DNA of 35,594 nt from Candidatus Zixiibacteriota bacterium (GCA_046754125.1 JBHHVC010000002.1:1-35594), one strand, 5' to 3'. Positions 17,255-28,283 are shown, counted from the stretch's first letter. Notes: generated from the sequence alone by a model not told the origin. Translations and numbers: made by a program.

Positions 17255-17965
17255 ATGAAACACATCCTGAACCTGCTGCTGTCCCTCCTGATCGTAGCCG
17301 GAGCGGTGTCAGCCGACGGGCGAAAATATGTCTGGACCTACCAATACGGCACGACCAGCCCGGACGAGACAGAATTAGGATTCTACCAGACGGCTCAACT
17401 GGCTGCAGTCGACAATTGGGAGTACCGAATCGAAATAGAGCGGGGTTTGAACAGCAGCTCGGACTTGGCCGTATACCAGATATTCTCGCAAACGGGGAAT
17501 GGGGCCTTGACGTGGGACGCATTCCAGGTTCGACTTCGGCACAAGCTCGCGGCTGAAGGTCACTGGTTGGTCGATCCTTTGCTTTACCTCGAATATAGAC
17601 GCAAGACAGATACCAAAGGGCTAAACAAGTTAGAGGGCAAACTCGTTCTCACCCGCGAGATTGGCCGCGTCGATATTTCCGTCAATCCGGTCTATGAATT
17701 CTTCTGGGAGCCGGGTGGTCGGATGCATGAGATAGGTGTCGATGCCGGGCTATCGTATGAACTGCTGCACCATTTGTCAGTCGGAATAGAATCATCCAAC
17801 AGGCACGCTCTCTCTGGCAGCACCTCAAGCCCAGATTCGTGGTATTTGGGGCCAACAGTATCGGTTACTGCTCGGTCGATCTACTACACCCTAGGCTATG
17901 CGGTCGGCATAACCAAAGATAGCGACGATGCTCGCGTTCGATTCTTGATCGGTATAGAACTCTAG
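17255..17965 (+). CDS. Putative outer-membrane beta-barrel protein (DUF6662-like), probably metal uptake
   Basis: Signal peptide ..AVSA, amphipathic beta strands, C-terminal VRFLIGIEL strand; Fur box upstream. Confidence 0.7.
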   Translation: MKHILNLLLSLLIVAGAVSADGRKYVWTYQYGTTSPDETELGFYQTAQLAAVDNWEYRIEIERGLNSSSDLAVYQIFSQTGNGALTWDAFQVRLRHKLAAEGHWLVDPLLYLEYRRKTDTKGLNKLEGKLVLTREIGRVDISVNPVYEFFWEPGGRMHEIGVDAGLSYELLHHLSVGIESSNRHALSGSTSSPDSWYLGPTVSVTARSIYYTLGYAVGITKDSDDARVRFLIGIEL

Positions 17966-18107
17966 GCATCGGTATTGCCAGCCATGCCGGGTGGCCTGCC
18001 ACGGGCCGTAGGACGTAGATCCATATGTCGATTCCGTCGATACTTGAAGTCCGGGCCTAGCTACTGGGGTCTGGTTGACATCGTCGTATTCCGTCTCGAA
18101 TATCCGA

Positions 18108-18136
18108 TTGACTCCCTCCGGAGCGTGACTTACTTT
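18108..18136 (+). promoter_or_regulatory. Sigma70 promoter of pgsA, leaderless or near-leaderless
   Basis: TTGACT-N17-TACTTT-N8-ATG; no SD. Confidence 0.6.
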
Positions 18137-18144
18137 GACAACCC

Positions 18145-18732
18145 ATGAACACGCCCAACAAGCTGACTCTGCTTCGTATTTTGATTGCTCCGGTGTTTGT
18201 CTATTTCTTTCTATTTGAGAGTTTTTCGATGCGCCTGATAGCTTTGGGGCTGTTCATTCTGGCCGCCCTGACTGATCTGGCCGACGGCTACTATGCTCGA
18301 AAATATGGCGTCATTACCGGCTTCGGCAAGTTCATGGACCCGCTGGCCGACAAGATATTAGTCTCGTCTGCCCTGGTCTCGTTTATTGCCTTGCGATATG
18401 TTTCCCCATTGCCGGTTATGTTGATAATCGGGCGCGAGTTCGGGATCACAGGACTGCGCCTGCTTGCGGCATATCAGGGAGTAGTCATCCCGCCCACATG
18501 GCTGTCCAGAGTGAAGACCTTTTTGCAGATGGCTGTGGTCGGGTTAGTGCTCGCCTATATCAATCTCGTCACGATTCTCACACATTACGACTCTCCAATG
18601 CTCCAGCATATGAGTTTCGACCACCGCTTCTGGTTCAACCTGCTACTTTGGGGGACTGCGGCGGTGACAGTCTGGACCGGAGTCGATTATGTTATGAAGT
18701 ACTCATACATGATCAAGGCGATTCTGAAATAG
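18145..18732 (+). CDS. pgsA: CDP-diacylglycerol--glycerol-3-phosphate 3-phosphatidyltransferase
   Basis: MNTPNKLTLLRI, D..DGYYARK..VIT.FGKFMDPLADK CDP-alcohol phosphotransferase motif, REF.ITGLR. Confidence 0.93.
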   Translation: MNTPNKLTLLRILIAPVFVYFFLFESFSMRLIALGLFILAALTDLADGYYARKYGVITGFGKFMDPLADKILVSSALVSFIALRYVSPLPVMLIIGREFGITGLRLLAAYQGVVIPPTWLSRVKTFLQMAVVGLVLAYINLVTILTHYDSPMLQHMSFDHRFWFNLLLWGTAAVTVWTGVDYVMKYSYMIKAILK

Positions 18733-18941
18733 GTGCCGTGCATAGTACACAAGTCGATACAATCTATGGAAAACAACAAGTTGGGCGTCGTTGCGGTGTT
18801 CCTAGGAAGGAGAGATTTGAGAACCGGTGAAATTGAATGAACTCATGAGGTCCTCTTGTGGACATAATAGCTAATACGACGAGTCCGCTTTGTGGGGCGA
18901 CACACTTGCCTGACATAAGATCACCGGACGTCATTGGGCCT

Positions 18942-19049
18942 TTACTTATTCTTCTTGTCCTTTTTCGCCTTCCGTTTTTCCTTTGGAGTACGCTGTGCCT
19001 TTTTCTGTTGTTCTCTTTTGCCTTTATCTTTACTTCCCTTGTCACCCAT
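18942..19049 (-). CDS. Unannotated 35-aa highly basic small protein MGDKGSKDKGKREQQKKAQRTPKEKRKAKKDKKNK
   Basis: GAGGAG RBS 8 nt before ATG, clean TAA, 14 Lys + 3 Arg; below the ORF-track cutoff. Confidence 0.75.
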   Translation of the reverse strand: MGDKGSKDKGKREQQKKAQRTPKEKRKAKKDKKNK

Positions 19050-19207
19050 GTCTGTTTCTCCTCGTTTAGTACTAACCTACACCGGCATATGGTGGGTTCC
19101 TTTTTGTTCTAATGCCTGACTAAAAGCCGCACTCCGATGATAGAATCGGACCTCGGTGTTTGTGATGGGCAAGTTAAAACCCCAGCGATCACCGGAGTAA
19201 ATATCAA

Positions 19208-19297
<90 letters not shown>

Positions 19298-19396
19298 ATA
19301 TCAACCACCACGCTTTGACCCAGTTAAAGGGGTCGATCGGTGTAATGTAGCCAACCGACAGAAGTTGTAAAGAATTAAGTGAGGGACAAAGAAATC

Positions 19397-19927
19397 CTAT
19401 CGGTCGCCAGCACCAGCTCGGCAGAACTCGTTTCTCTCCACCATCTTCAACTGGCGGCCAACCAACTTGCGAGCCATCCCGTGCCGTGGACGGACTATCT
19501 GGAAGACCACAAAGGAAAAAACGACTAGGAATGCGCCTTCGTTAAACCGGCCGGTCAGGAAGAAATACAGGTAGCCATATAGCGATATTCCGGCAATCAG
19601 CAAGAACACCGGACGCGACCGCGCCAAAAGAGCCGCGCTGATATCAGTCTCAAATGTCTCGGCGTGTCGGATCATAGGCTGTTTTAGCAGCCGATCCCGC
19701 CACCACACGGCGACACCTGTCTGGATCAATGACATTGCGCCAAGCACGTAATACAGGCCATTGGCAAAGTCCCCAACACGATTTGGTACGTACGAATTGT
19801 TGTGAGCCCAATAGCAGATGAATAGACCAAACATTGGCAAGAGTATGTTGCTAACGAGGCCAAAATAAAGAGACTTTGCGATGATCTGATGCAGATCGTA
19901 GTCGCTTTTTCTGTCGTCGTGGATCAT
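19397..19927 (-). CDS. Hypothetical ~4-TM membrane protein (176 aa)
   Basis: ATG 19927 overlaps the upstream TGA (ATGA); four hydrophobic segments. Confidence 0.8.
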   Translation of the reverse strand: MIHDDRKSDYDLHQIIAKSLYFGLVSNILLPMFGLFICYWAHNNSYVPNRVGDFANGLYYVLGAMSLIQTGVAVWWRDRLLKQPMIRHAETFETDISAALLARSRPVFLLIAGISLYGYLYFFLTGRFNEGAFLVVFSFVVFQIVRPRHGMARKLVGRQLKMVERNEFCRAGAGDR

Positions 19928-20385
19928 GGTGCATTCACCGCCTTCAGAAACTTGCTCATGTGAGAACGTCGCGGCCAATGGACAAGGGACCATGCAGCAC
20001 CAATAACATAGAAATACAGCATGTTAGAAATATCTCGTGTCAGCAGGTACATGATGATGCCAAAAACGTAGACGTTGCTCACGAATGAATAGCGAATGAG
20101 ACTAAGAGCCGTAAGGAACCTGCCATCCGTTACGGGTTCTCTTTTCCGTGTACGATGCGCGCTAATCTGCATTCTATGAATCAAGGGTATAACCGATGGC
20201 TCGGCGATGGCTACGAGTAGCAGCATATACAGGGCCATATTGTTTGGCGCTGGATTTGCAGAAGGAAGGTCAATGAGGTAATATGCGATTACCAGTAGGG
20301 CCGGTGGGAACATGCCTAACATAACCCAGCCGAAAATTCTGGACTTATTATACTCGTGTTCCACGTTATCGTCAAAATTAATCAA
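19924..20385 (-). CDS. Hypothetical ~4-TM membrane protein (153 aa)
   Basis: Start overlaps the tadA stop; four hydrophobic segments; similar layout to the downstream gene. Confidence 0.75.
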   Translation of the reverse strand: MINFDDNVEHEYNKSRIFGWVMLGMFPPALLVIAYYLIDLPSANPAPNNMALYMLLLVAIAEPSVIPLIHRMQISAHRTRKREPVTDGRFLTALSLIRYSFVSNVYVFGIIMYLLTRDISNMLYFYVIGAAWSLVHWPRRSHMSKFLKAVNAP

Positions 20386-20858
20386 TTTATCCGCTCCCGG
20401 CGGCTGCGTACCTGCCGAAAGAACGTTTTCATCATTTCGGCTATCTCATCCGCCATGATTCCCCCGATGACCTGCAGGGAGTGATTGAACCTCTTCTGGC
20501 CGGGAATGTCGATGATCGACCCACACCCGCCGAATTTCGGATCCGGCGCGCCATACACGATCATATCAAGCCTGGACAGCAAAGCCGCACCGGCGCACAT
20601 CGGACAGGGTTCGAGTGTCGAGAATAGTATGCAGTTCTCAAGTCGCCAGTCGCCAAAATGGTTGTAGGCCGCCGACAGGGCGATCATCTCGGCATGGGCG
20701 GTGGCATCGTGGAGTGCTTCCGTCTGGTTGCAGCCGCGTCCGATGATTCGATTCTCAAACACTACTAAGGAACCAACCGGCACTTCGCCCAATTCAAACG
20801 CATGCTGCGCTTGCTCAAGTGCTGCACCCATGAAATCGTTATACTGGTCTGAGTCCAT
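20382..20858 (-). CDS. tadA: tRNA-specific adenosine-34 deaminase
   Basis: GEVPVG, DATAHAE, WRL, TLEPCPMCAGA, YGA.DPK.G, NH, FF..R. Confidence 0.92.
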   Translation of the reverse strand: MDSDQYNDFMGAALEQAQHAFELGEVPVGSLVVFENRIIGRGCNQTEALHDATAHAEMIALSAAYNHFGDWRLENCILFSTLEPCPMCAGAALLSRLDMIVYGAPDPKFGGCGSIIDIPGQKRFNHSLQVIGGIMADEIAEMMKTFFRQVRSRRERIN

Positions 20859-20864
20859 GCCGTC

Positions 20865-20893
20865 AATATAGTCCCTGTAATCGGGTACAACAA
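20865..20893 (-). promoter_or_regulatory. Sigma70-type promoter of tadA, leaderless
   Basis: TTGTTG-N17-TATATT-N6-ATG; no SD. Confidence 0.5.
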
Positions 20894-20894
20894 T

Positions 20895-22898
20895 TCATTT
20901 CCGAGTACGCCACCCTGAAGTATGTGCTGTGTCAAGCGGGCGCTGCATATTCATATATGCAGAGTACATGATGGCGTATGCCTCTCGAGCGTAGGATGCT
21001 GCTGCAATGCCAGAGGTATCAACTTGATCCCGCGCCAGGTCCGACAAGTCATAGAGCGATGGAGCGGAGTTGATTCGACTGATAGTATACGATGAATCCC
21101 GAACATACCCAATAGAATACAGCTCAGAAAAGTGCGCGAATGGTGTTGCTTGCGCTGCGCTACCGAGCAAGTCCCGCCCAAAAGTATAATTGTCATAATT
21201 GAGCCGAAGGCGACCCATGATAGTTGCCAATATGTCCAATTGGGAGGCCACGCTCTCGAGTTGAACACTTGCATTATTAGTATCACCGATTCTGTAGAGT
21301 AGTAGAGGAATAGTGAACTGTGTCAAGTCAAGGTCACTGCGGCTACCGTGCATCAGTCCGTTATCTGCTGTCACTACTACCAGTGTGTTGGCAAACGAAG
21401 GGTCCGACTCGAGCTGCCGAATGAATCGGCCAAGTGCCCAGTCGGAATACTTGAAGGCGTTAAGCTGCGCGGCATCGGGATGGTCGCTACTCACACGAGC
21501 GAAGTCCACATCCGGCACTAACCAGGGGCCATGATTGGACGCTGTCAGCAATGTCGCAAAGAATCGATCAGGCACAAGACGCTTTAGCTCCGCAAGCGCA
21601 CGATCGAACATGACGTGATCCGGGACACCCAATGTGCTGAGTTTCTCGCTCGCAGAATAGTCATCGAGGGCGATAACGCGATCGATACCGTTGGCCATCA
21701 CAAAACCTTGCATATTGTCAAAGTGCGGATCGTGTGTCACAAAAAACAACGTCTTGTAGTCGTAATCTCGGAGTATCGAGGGAAGGGAGTGATGGTAGAA
21801 TCGTCCGGTCACGCCCTTCATCAACGACTTGCCAATCAAGTGAGGCATGCCGCACAACGACGAGAACACGCCGCAGTATGTGTGCATACCCGCAGAATAA
21901 CAATTCGTAAACAGAACGCCACCCCTCGAAAGAGAATCAAAGCAGGGGGAAAGGTCCAGCGCATACCGGCTATCCAATACACCAATCCGGGTTGCACCGA
22001 ATGATTCCATAATGATGAGAATGACATTGGGAGGATTGTCGTTGGGCGTCTCGAATCGTATATGACGGACCAAGCGACCGTTGGATGTCCGCTCAACGGC
22101 AGGTCCGAGCAGCGAAGTAACAACGCTGTCGGCATCTTCAGAGGCTATCGCTGTCATTGCGAAGTCAAGCCGCTCATGGTCACCAGACCAGTAAACAGCA
22201 TCATATAGAAAGGTGTAGGTCGGGTTCAATGCCAGTTGGTTGGCATAAGTATACTCGCTGAAATAGGCAACTCCCCAGCGAAGCGGCGATTTCTCCTCAA
22301 TTCTACCACGAGCACCCAGCGCAAACAGCGCCACCAACACAACGACTGATACCAGTTCAATCCATAGCGGCGTACTGGTCACAGACGAGATTGTCCACCG
22401 ATAAACCCCAATGAGCAGCATTACAAAGATTGATACAATGACAGCATAGAGTAAAAGATATTGCACTACCGGGTACATCTGCCAGAGCATGGACGCCATG
22501 AACCCTGGTGAATCGCTCCAATTGAGCGCGACACCGTTCAATCGCGCGTTAAAGAAACGGAAGAACTCTATATCTACTAGCTGAGCCAAAAATGACATGA
22601 CGGCGACGATAATGATTATGCCAACGCTGATAATCCGGGGCGCTCTCCATCGCCAGAGAGTTGCAAACAGGCATACCGGGAGCATAATGAACGAGGTCAC
22701 GGCCAGATCAAAACGCAATCCTACAACAAACGACCGAACAAGAAACAAGATTGGTACGCCTTCGGCCAGATCATACGTTGCGATCAGGAGAACAAGTCGC
22801 CAAAGCTCGAAGAACGATATCAAGAGTATTGCCGACAGGACCACATAAAGTGCCGCCGGGGGGAAATAGGTTTGCTTTGTTGTGCGTGAGTCGTTCAT
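20895..22898 (-). CDS. LTA synthase / phosphoglycerol transferase (MdoB/LtaS-like) membrane sulfatase-fold protein
   Basis: ~5 N-terminal TMs with GLRFD; PNVILIIMES, catalytic Thr candidate in MHTY, SNHGPW, YSD.ALG.F, TADNG, SQLDI..TI. Confidence 0.85.
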   Translation of the reverse strand: MNDSRTTKQTYFPPAALYVVLSAILLISFFELWRLVLLIATYDLAEGVPILFLVRSFVVGLRFDLAVTSFIMLPVCLFATLWRWRAPRIISVGIIIIVAVMSFLAQLVDIEFFRFFNARLNGVALNWSDSPGFMASMLWQMYPVVQYLLLYAVIVSIFVMLLIGVYRWTISSVTSTPLWIELVSVVVLVALFALGARGRIEEKSPLRWGVAYFSEYTYANQLALNPTYTFLYDAVYWSGDHERLDFAMTAIASEDADSVVTSLLGPAVERTSNGRLVRHIRFETPNDNPPNVILIIMESFGATRIGVLDSRYALDLSPCFDSLSRGGVLFTNCYSAGMHTYCGVFSSLCGMPHLIGKSLMKGVTGRFYHHSLPSILRDYDYKTLFFVTHDPHFDNMQGFVMANGIDRVIALDDYSASEKLSTLGVPDHVMFDRALAELKRLVPDRFFATLLTASNHGPWLVPDVDFARVSSDHPDAAQLNAFKYSDWALGRFIRQLESDPSFANTLVVVTADNGLMHGSRSDLDLTQFTIPLLLYRIGDTNNASVQLESVASQLDILATIMGRLRLNYDNYTFGRDLLGSAAQATPFAHFSELYSIGYVRDSSYTISRINSAPSLYDLSDLARDQVDTSGIAAASYAREAYAIMYSAYMNMQRPLDTAHTSGWRTRK

Positions 22899-22950
22899 CC
22901 ATCTGCCACCGGCAGATGATTGATAACGAATAAACCAAGACAGGGAAAGT

Positions 22951-24090
22951 TTATTTCAGCAGTCGCCGCGTGATTTCGTCTGCGAGGTTTATTCCTTCTT
23001 CAGAAAGACGCAGATTGCCGCGATCTGGAATCAGGTGCCCGGATTCGACCAGCAGATTGTACTGTGTTCGGTTTAGTTGCTTGTCCAACGGTTGACCAAA
23101 CTGAGCGGCAAATCGCCTCCGGTTGATCCCATCGTTCAGACGCAGGCCGAGCATAATCGCCTCGGTAATTCGCTCCTGCATTCCCGACTGATCGTGCACC
23201 AATGGACGACGGCCGCATTCCAACGACTCCACATATAACGACAGATCGGCCTCGTTGGCATACCGTCGCCCTTCAATGAATGAATGCGCCGAAGGCCCAA
23301 GCCCCAGATAGTCGCGCCCCTGCCAGTAGCCCAGATTGTGGCGGCATTCATGGCCGGGCCGGGCAAATGACAGGATTTCATATCGATGGTAGCCGGCATC
23401 ATTTAGTGTGGAGCTGCCAAGACTGTACAATTCGGCAGTCCGTTCCGGCGAGGGCATGATGACCTTCTTGTCGACGACTTGCGACCATAGCGGCGTATCC
23501 GGTTCGACCGTTAGTTGATACATTGAAACATGCGGCGGATCGAGGTCAATTATCTGGCCCAAGTCTGCTTCGAACATTCGCACATTCTGGCCCGGCAGGC
23601 CGTACATGATGTCGACACCAATGCTGTCGAACTCAAAAACATTGGCCAGATATATCGCGCGCTGGCTATCATGCGGTTTGTGTATCCGTCCGATCTGCTT
23701 TAGAAGTTTGCTGTCGAACGATTGAATACCAAAGGTGGGACGAGTGACTCCAAGCTGCTTGAACGCGATTAGGGTGTCTGAGTCGGCTGATTCCGGATTG
23801 CATTCGACACTGAACTCAATATCACCCATGAACTCAAACAATTCTCTCGCCCGGTCAAGCCATGCAGCAAACAGGTCGAAGTCGGTAAGCGATGGCGTCC
23901 CTCCTCCTACGAACAACGAAGAAATCCGCCGGTCATTATCTGGCCACTCTGCGGCAACCAGTTCGGTTTCGCGAATCAGCGCGCGATAGTATCGTTTCTC
24001 TCTCTCGCGGTCAAACGGCAGTTTGAAGAAGTTGCAATACCCGCAACAGTTAGTACAAAAAGGATAATGGAGATAGAGTCCGACCGGCAT
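22951..24090 (-). CDS. hemW: Radical SAM heme chaperone HemW (HemN-like)
   Basis: LYLHYPFCxxxCxYC, GGGTPS, GIQSF, YEI.SFA, HNLGYW, GLGPSAHS, GLRL. Confidence 0.9.
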   Translation of the reverse strand: MPVGLYLHYPFCTNCCGYCNFFKLPFDREREKRYYRALIRETELVAAEWPDNDRRISSLFVGGGTPSLTDFDLFAAWLDRARELFEFMGDIEFSVECNPESADSDTLIAFKQLGVTRPTFGIQSFDSKLLKQIGRIHKPHDSQRAIYLANVFEFDSIGVDIMYGLPGQNVRMFEADLGQIIDLDPPHVSMYQLTVEPDTPLWSQVVDKKVIMPSPERTAELYSLGSSTLNDAGYHRYEILSFARPGHECRHNLGYWQGRDYLGLGPSAHSFIEGRRYANEADLSLYVESLECGRRPLVHDQSGMQERITEAIMLGLRLNDGINRRRFAAQFGQPLDKQLNRTQYNLLVESGHLIPDRGNLRLSEEGINLADEITRRLLK

Positions 24091-24093
24091 CGG

Positions 24094-24819
24094 TCAGACA
24101 GGTTGGATCAGTCGATCCCAGCGGATACGCGAAGGGAAATTGTATATCGCATGTCCGACCCACTGGATCGCATTGATCACGTATGGAAACTCCCAGGCGG
24201 GAGCATCAGGGTCCGGTTCCCACGACCAGTAGATAAAGACCGTCTTGCCGAGGATGTTCTCATCTGGAACCGCCCCCCAAAACCGGCTGTCGCGGCTGTC
24301 GTCGCGATTATCACCCATTACAAAATAGGCGTCCGGTGGCACAGCGTATTCATCCAGATTGTCGCGAAAGGACAGATCGCCTGGGATGATCCGTTTGTCT
24401 ATATGTTTCGACTCTGTGGGAATCGAGGCAACCTGCCCGTCGACATACACAATCTTGTCGGCAATCTGCACGGTCTCACCGGGTAGCGCGACAATCCGCT
24501 TGATGAAATGCTTGGTCGGATTGTTGGGATACTTGAAAACGATCACGTCACCAACCTGCGGAGTCGAGCCGTACTTGTAGGCCAGCTTGTTGACAAAAAT
24601 ATAATCCCCCTCGTAAAGCGCACCTTCCATCGATGACGAACTGACGCGATAGGCCGAAACCACAAACAGGCGCAACAGGATAGCTGCGGCAAGAGCAATA
24701 GCCGCAGTTTCAAGGTATTCGCGCCAGAGCGGTTTGTGCTCAATACGACGGGTGATCTTGCCAACACGCTCATTGGTCTCGCGCTGTTTGATCTCCTGGA
24801 TGAGATAGTCCTGATCCAT
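24094..24819 (-). CDS. lepB: Signal peptidase I
   Basis: TM followed by S.SM, GD.I.VNK, FIKRIV.LPGE, MGDNRD.S.DSRFWG. Confidence 0.93.
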   Translation of the reverse strand: MDQDYLIQEIKQRETNERVGKITRRIEHKPLWREYLETAAIALAAAILLRLFVVSAYRVSSSSMEGALYEGDYIFVNKLAYKYGSTPQVGDVIVFKYPNNPTKHFIKRIVALPGETVQIADKIVYVDGQVASIPTESKHIDKRIIPGDLSFRDNLDEYAVPPDAYFVMGDNRDDSRDSRFWGAVPDENILGKTVFIYWSWEPDPDAPAWEFPYVINAIQWVGHAIYNFPSRIRWDRLIQPV

Positions 24820-24829
24820 ACTCTAAAAG

Positions 24830-24857
24830 TTATCGGTTTGTCCCCACAGTACCTTTA
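24830..24857 (-). promoter_or_regulatory. Sigma28/FliA-like promoter candidate of lepB-hemW
   Basis: TAAA-N16-ACCGATAA, then 10 nt to the ATG. Confidence 0.5.
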
Positions 24858-24919
24858 GGCCGCTGGGGGCATCTTTCGGCTAAATATATGCAGTAGCGAC
24901 AGATAAGCAAGAAGCGGCG

Positions 24920-24946
24920 GTAGGTCAGGAGTCCTGCACTCCTGAC
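24920..24946 (+). repeat. REP-like palindrome with GTAG foot
   Basis: GTAG-GTCAGGAGT-CCTGC-ACTCCTGAC: perfect 9-bp stem preceded by GTAG; single copy in this window. Confidence 0.5.
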
Positions 24947-24979
24947 GTGTGGGAATGCCGGGGCCGCAGGGGTTTGGAC

Positions 24980-25690
24980 CTACTCTATCTGTTGGTCTAA
25001 CCCGGTTCTCTTGGAATTGAATAATCTACTACCAATTCCTCTTACCAATTTATCAATATACAGAAAATACTGGGGAGCCTCATTTTGTGCCATAGTTGCT
25101 TGAATCAACCCTTGGCCTATCATGAAATCAGCTATTCTAGGCTCATCTTCTTCATCTGGTACTATTGTATCATGATTAAATCTCATGCCAGTAACTGGTA
25201 CTGTACTTTCGCCAAAAATCTTCTTTTTATCTGAATGTCCATAAGCATTTCTAAACCTTTTCCTGAATTCATGCAGTTGTTTTTTTTCATCTTTAGTGTG
25301 TTTCCCTTTTTTACACGCACAGTTGATTGTTGTATCAAGATTGGCATCATTGTACTTTTCTTGTCCTTTCGAATACTTTTCCACAAAAGAACTGACAGAT
25401 GTTCCACTTCGTTCTTCGTCCGTCTGTTTCACCTCGTTACCATCGGAAATAATCAACGCGTATTTTATCAAGCTCTCCATGAGATGATTAGTGAGAGCAA
25501 TTGCAGCTTGACATAAACCAAACGTTATGCAAAGACAGATTTCATCACGTAAGGGATCGAGTTCAGGCCACTCATAGTTGTTTTGATAAGAATCTCTGAT
25601 GGTCAAATAATGACGGTCAATAAATTCATTTCTCGAGTCACCAATTTCATCTATTTCTTCGGCGAGCTTCTTGATATCTTTTGCATTCAT
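24980..25690 (-). CDS. AT-rich hypothetical protein, HEPN-like (Rx4H)
   Basis: Helical protein with N-terminal ..AAIAL..HLMESLIK and FRNAYGH motif; visibly lower GC than the flanks; own TTGCGT-N18-TATCAT promoter candidate at 25703-25732. Confidence 0.7.
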   Translation of the reverse strand: MNAKDIKKLAEEIDEIGDSRNEFIDRHYLTIRDSYQNNYEWPELDPLRDEICLCITFGLCQAAIALTNHLMESLIKYALIISDGNEVKQTDEERSGTSVSSFVEKYSKGQEKYNDANLDTTINCACKKGKHTKDEKKQLHEFRKRFRNAYGHSDKKKIFGESTVPVTGMRFNHDTIVPDEEDEPRIADFMIGQGLIQATMAQNEAPQYFLYIDKLVRGIGSRLFNSKRTGLDQQIE

Positions 25691-25856
25691 AGCTCATACA
25701 GTATGATATTCGGTTAGCACGAAGATACGCAATTCAAATCTGCTACGCAAATTCAATTATTAACTTCGGCTGGTGGCCCACAGCTTGCTATGGGTTGACA
25801 GTCGGCCCACGCAAATGTCCTAACCCCAGAGGTGCATACCAACTACTATAGCTGAA

Positions 25857-27119
<1,263 letters not shown>

Positions 27120-28283
27120 TCATGCATCCTTCGCCAGTGATTTGGCTTTATCCGTTTTTTCCCAGGTAAATTCTTTTTCGGTTCGCCCAAAATGTCCATA
27201 GGCGGACGTCCGGCCATAAATTGGCCGGCGCAGATTGAGCGATTTGATAATTCCCCTCGGCGTAAGATTGAAGTGTTTGCGAATGAGCGACTCGATCCGC
27301 TCTTCCGAAACACGAGCAGTCCCCTCAGTGAATACTGTCAACGATACCGGTTCGGAGATTCCGATGGCATAGGCCAGTTGGATCGTACAACGATCGGCGA
27401 GCCTGGCTGCCACCACGTTTTTCGCGATATACCGCGCCATATAACAGGCCGAGCGATCGACCTTGGTCGGGTCCTTGCCGGAGAAAGCGCCGCCGCCGTG
27501 CGAGGCAGTCCCACCATAGGTATCGACAATGATCTTGCGACCGGTCATTCCTGTATCGGATTGCGGGCCACCTACAACGAACTTACCGGTCGGATTGACA
27601 TAGTATTTCGTTTTCTTGTCAATCATCGAGGCTGGAAGGATCGGCATTGCGACGTTCTGTAGTATCTCGTTGGTTGCACGTTTGGTAATGTGTTTGCCGC
27701 TTCGATCGAGAATAGATTCGCTGTGTTGTGTTGATATTACAACCGTGTCGATCCGGGCGGGCTTGCCGCCTTGGTACTCGACTGTAACCTGCGACTTACC
27801 GTCCGGGCCGAGATAATCCAGTATTTCTTTCTTGCGCACTTTGGCCAGTTGCCGGCAGAGCTTGTGCGCCATCATTATCGGCAAAGGCATCAATTCTTTG
27901 GTCTCGCGGCAGGCGTAGCCTGTCATTAGTCCCTGGTCGCCCGCCCCGCCGGTGTCAACTCCCTGAGCAATGTCGGGTGACTGCGCCCCGATGGCGTTAA
28001 GAATAGCGCATGAATCGTATGTGAAACCATAGCGACTGTTGTCGTATCCGATATCCCGAACAATTGAACGAACCAGATCGGGAATATCCACATAGGCATC
28101 GGTTGTTATCTCGCCGCCGACAATTACCAGTCCGACCGTGACAAACGTTTCGCAGGCAACACGCCCTGTCTTGTCCTGCCGGAGCACTTCGTCAAGAACA
28201 CCATCGGAAATGCGGTCGCAAACTTTGTCCGGATGCCCCTCGGTCACTGATTCGGAAGTAAAGAGGTAGTCCCCTTTAGCCAT
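27120..28283 (-). CDS. metK: S-adenosylmethionine synthetase (start corrected to ATG 28283)
   Basis: AGGAG RBS; [54 protein letters not shown]. Confidence 0.97.
   Translation of the reverse strand: MAKGDYLFTSESVTEGHPDKVCDRISDGVLDEVLRQDKTGRVACETFVTVGLVIVGGEITTDAYVDIPDLVRSIVRDIGYDNSRYGFTYDSCAILNAIGAQSPDIAQGVDTGGAGDQGLMTGYACRETKELMPLPIMMAHKLCRQLAKVRKKEILDYLGPDGKSQVTVEYQGGKPARIDTVVISTQHSESILDRSGKHITKRATNEILQNVAMPILPASMIDKKTKYYVNPTGKFVVGGPQSDTGMTGRKIIVDTYGGTASHGGGAFSGKDPTKVDRSACYMARYIAKNVVAARLADRCTIQLAYAIGISEPVSLTVFTEGTARVSEERIESLIRKHFNLTPRGIIKSLNLRRPIYGRTSAYGHFGRTEKEFTWEKTDKAKSLAKDA

Noticed and set aside
18764-19119. ORF-track calls of 93, 84 and 61 aa
   Set aside because: Shadow frames of the 35-aa ORF, which has the only good RBS
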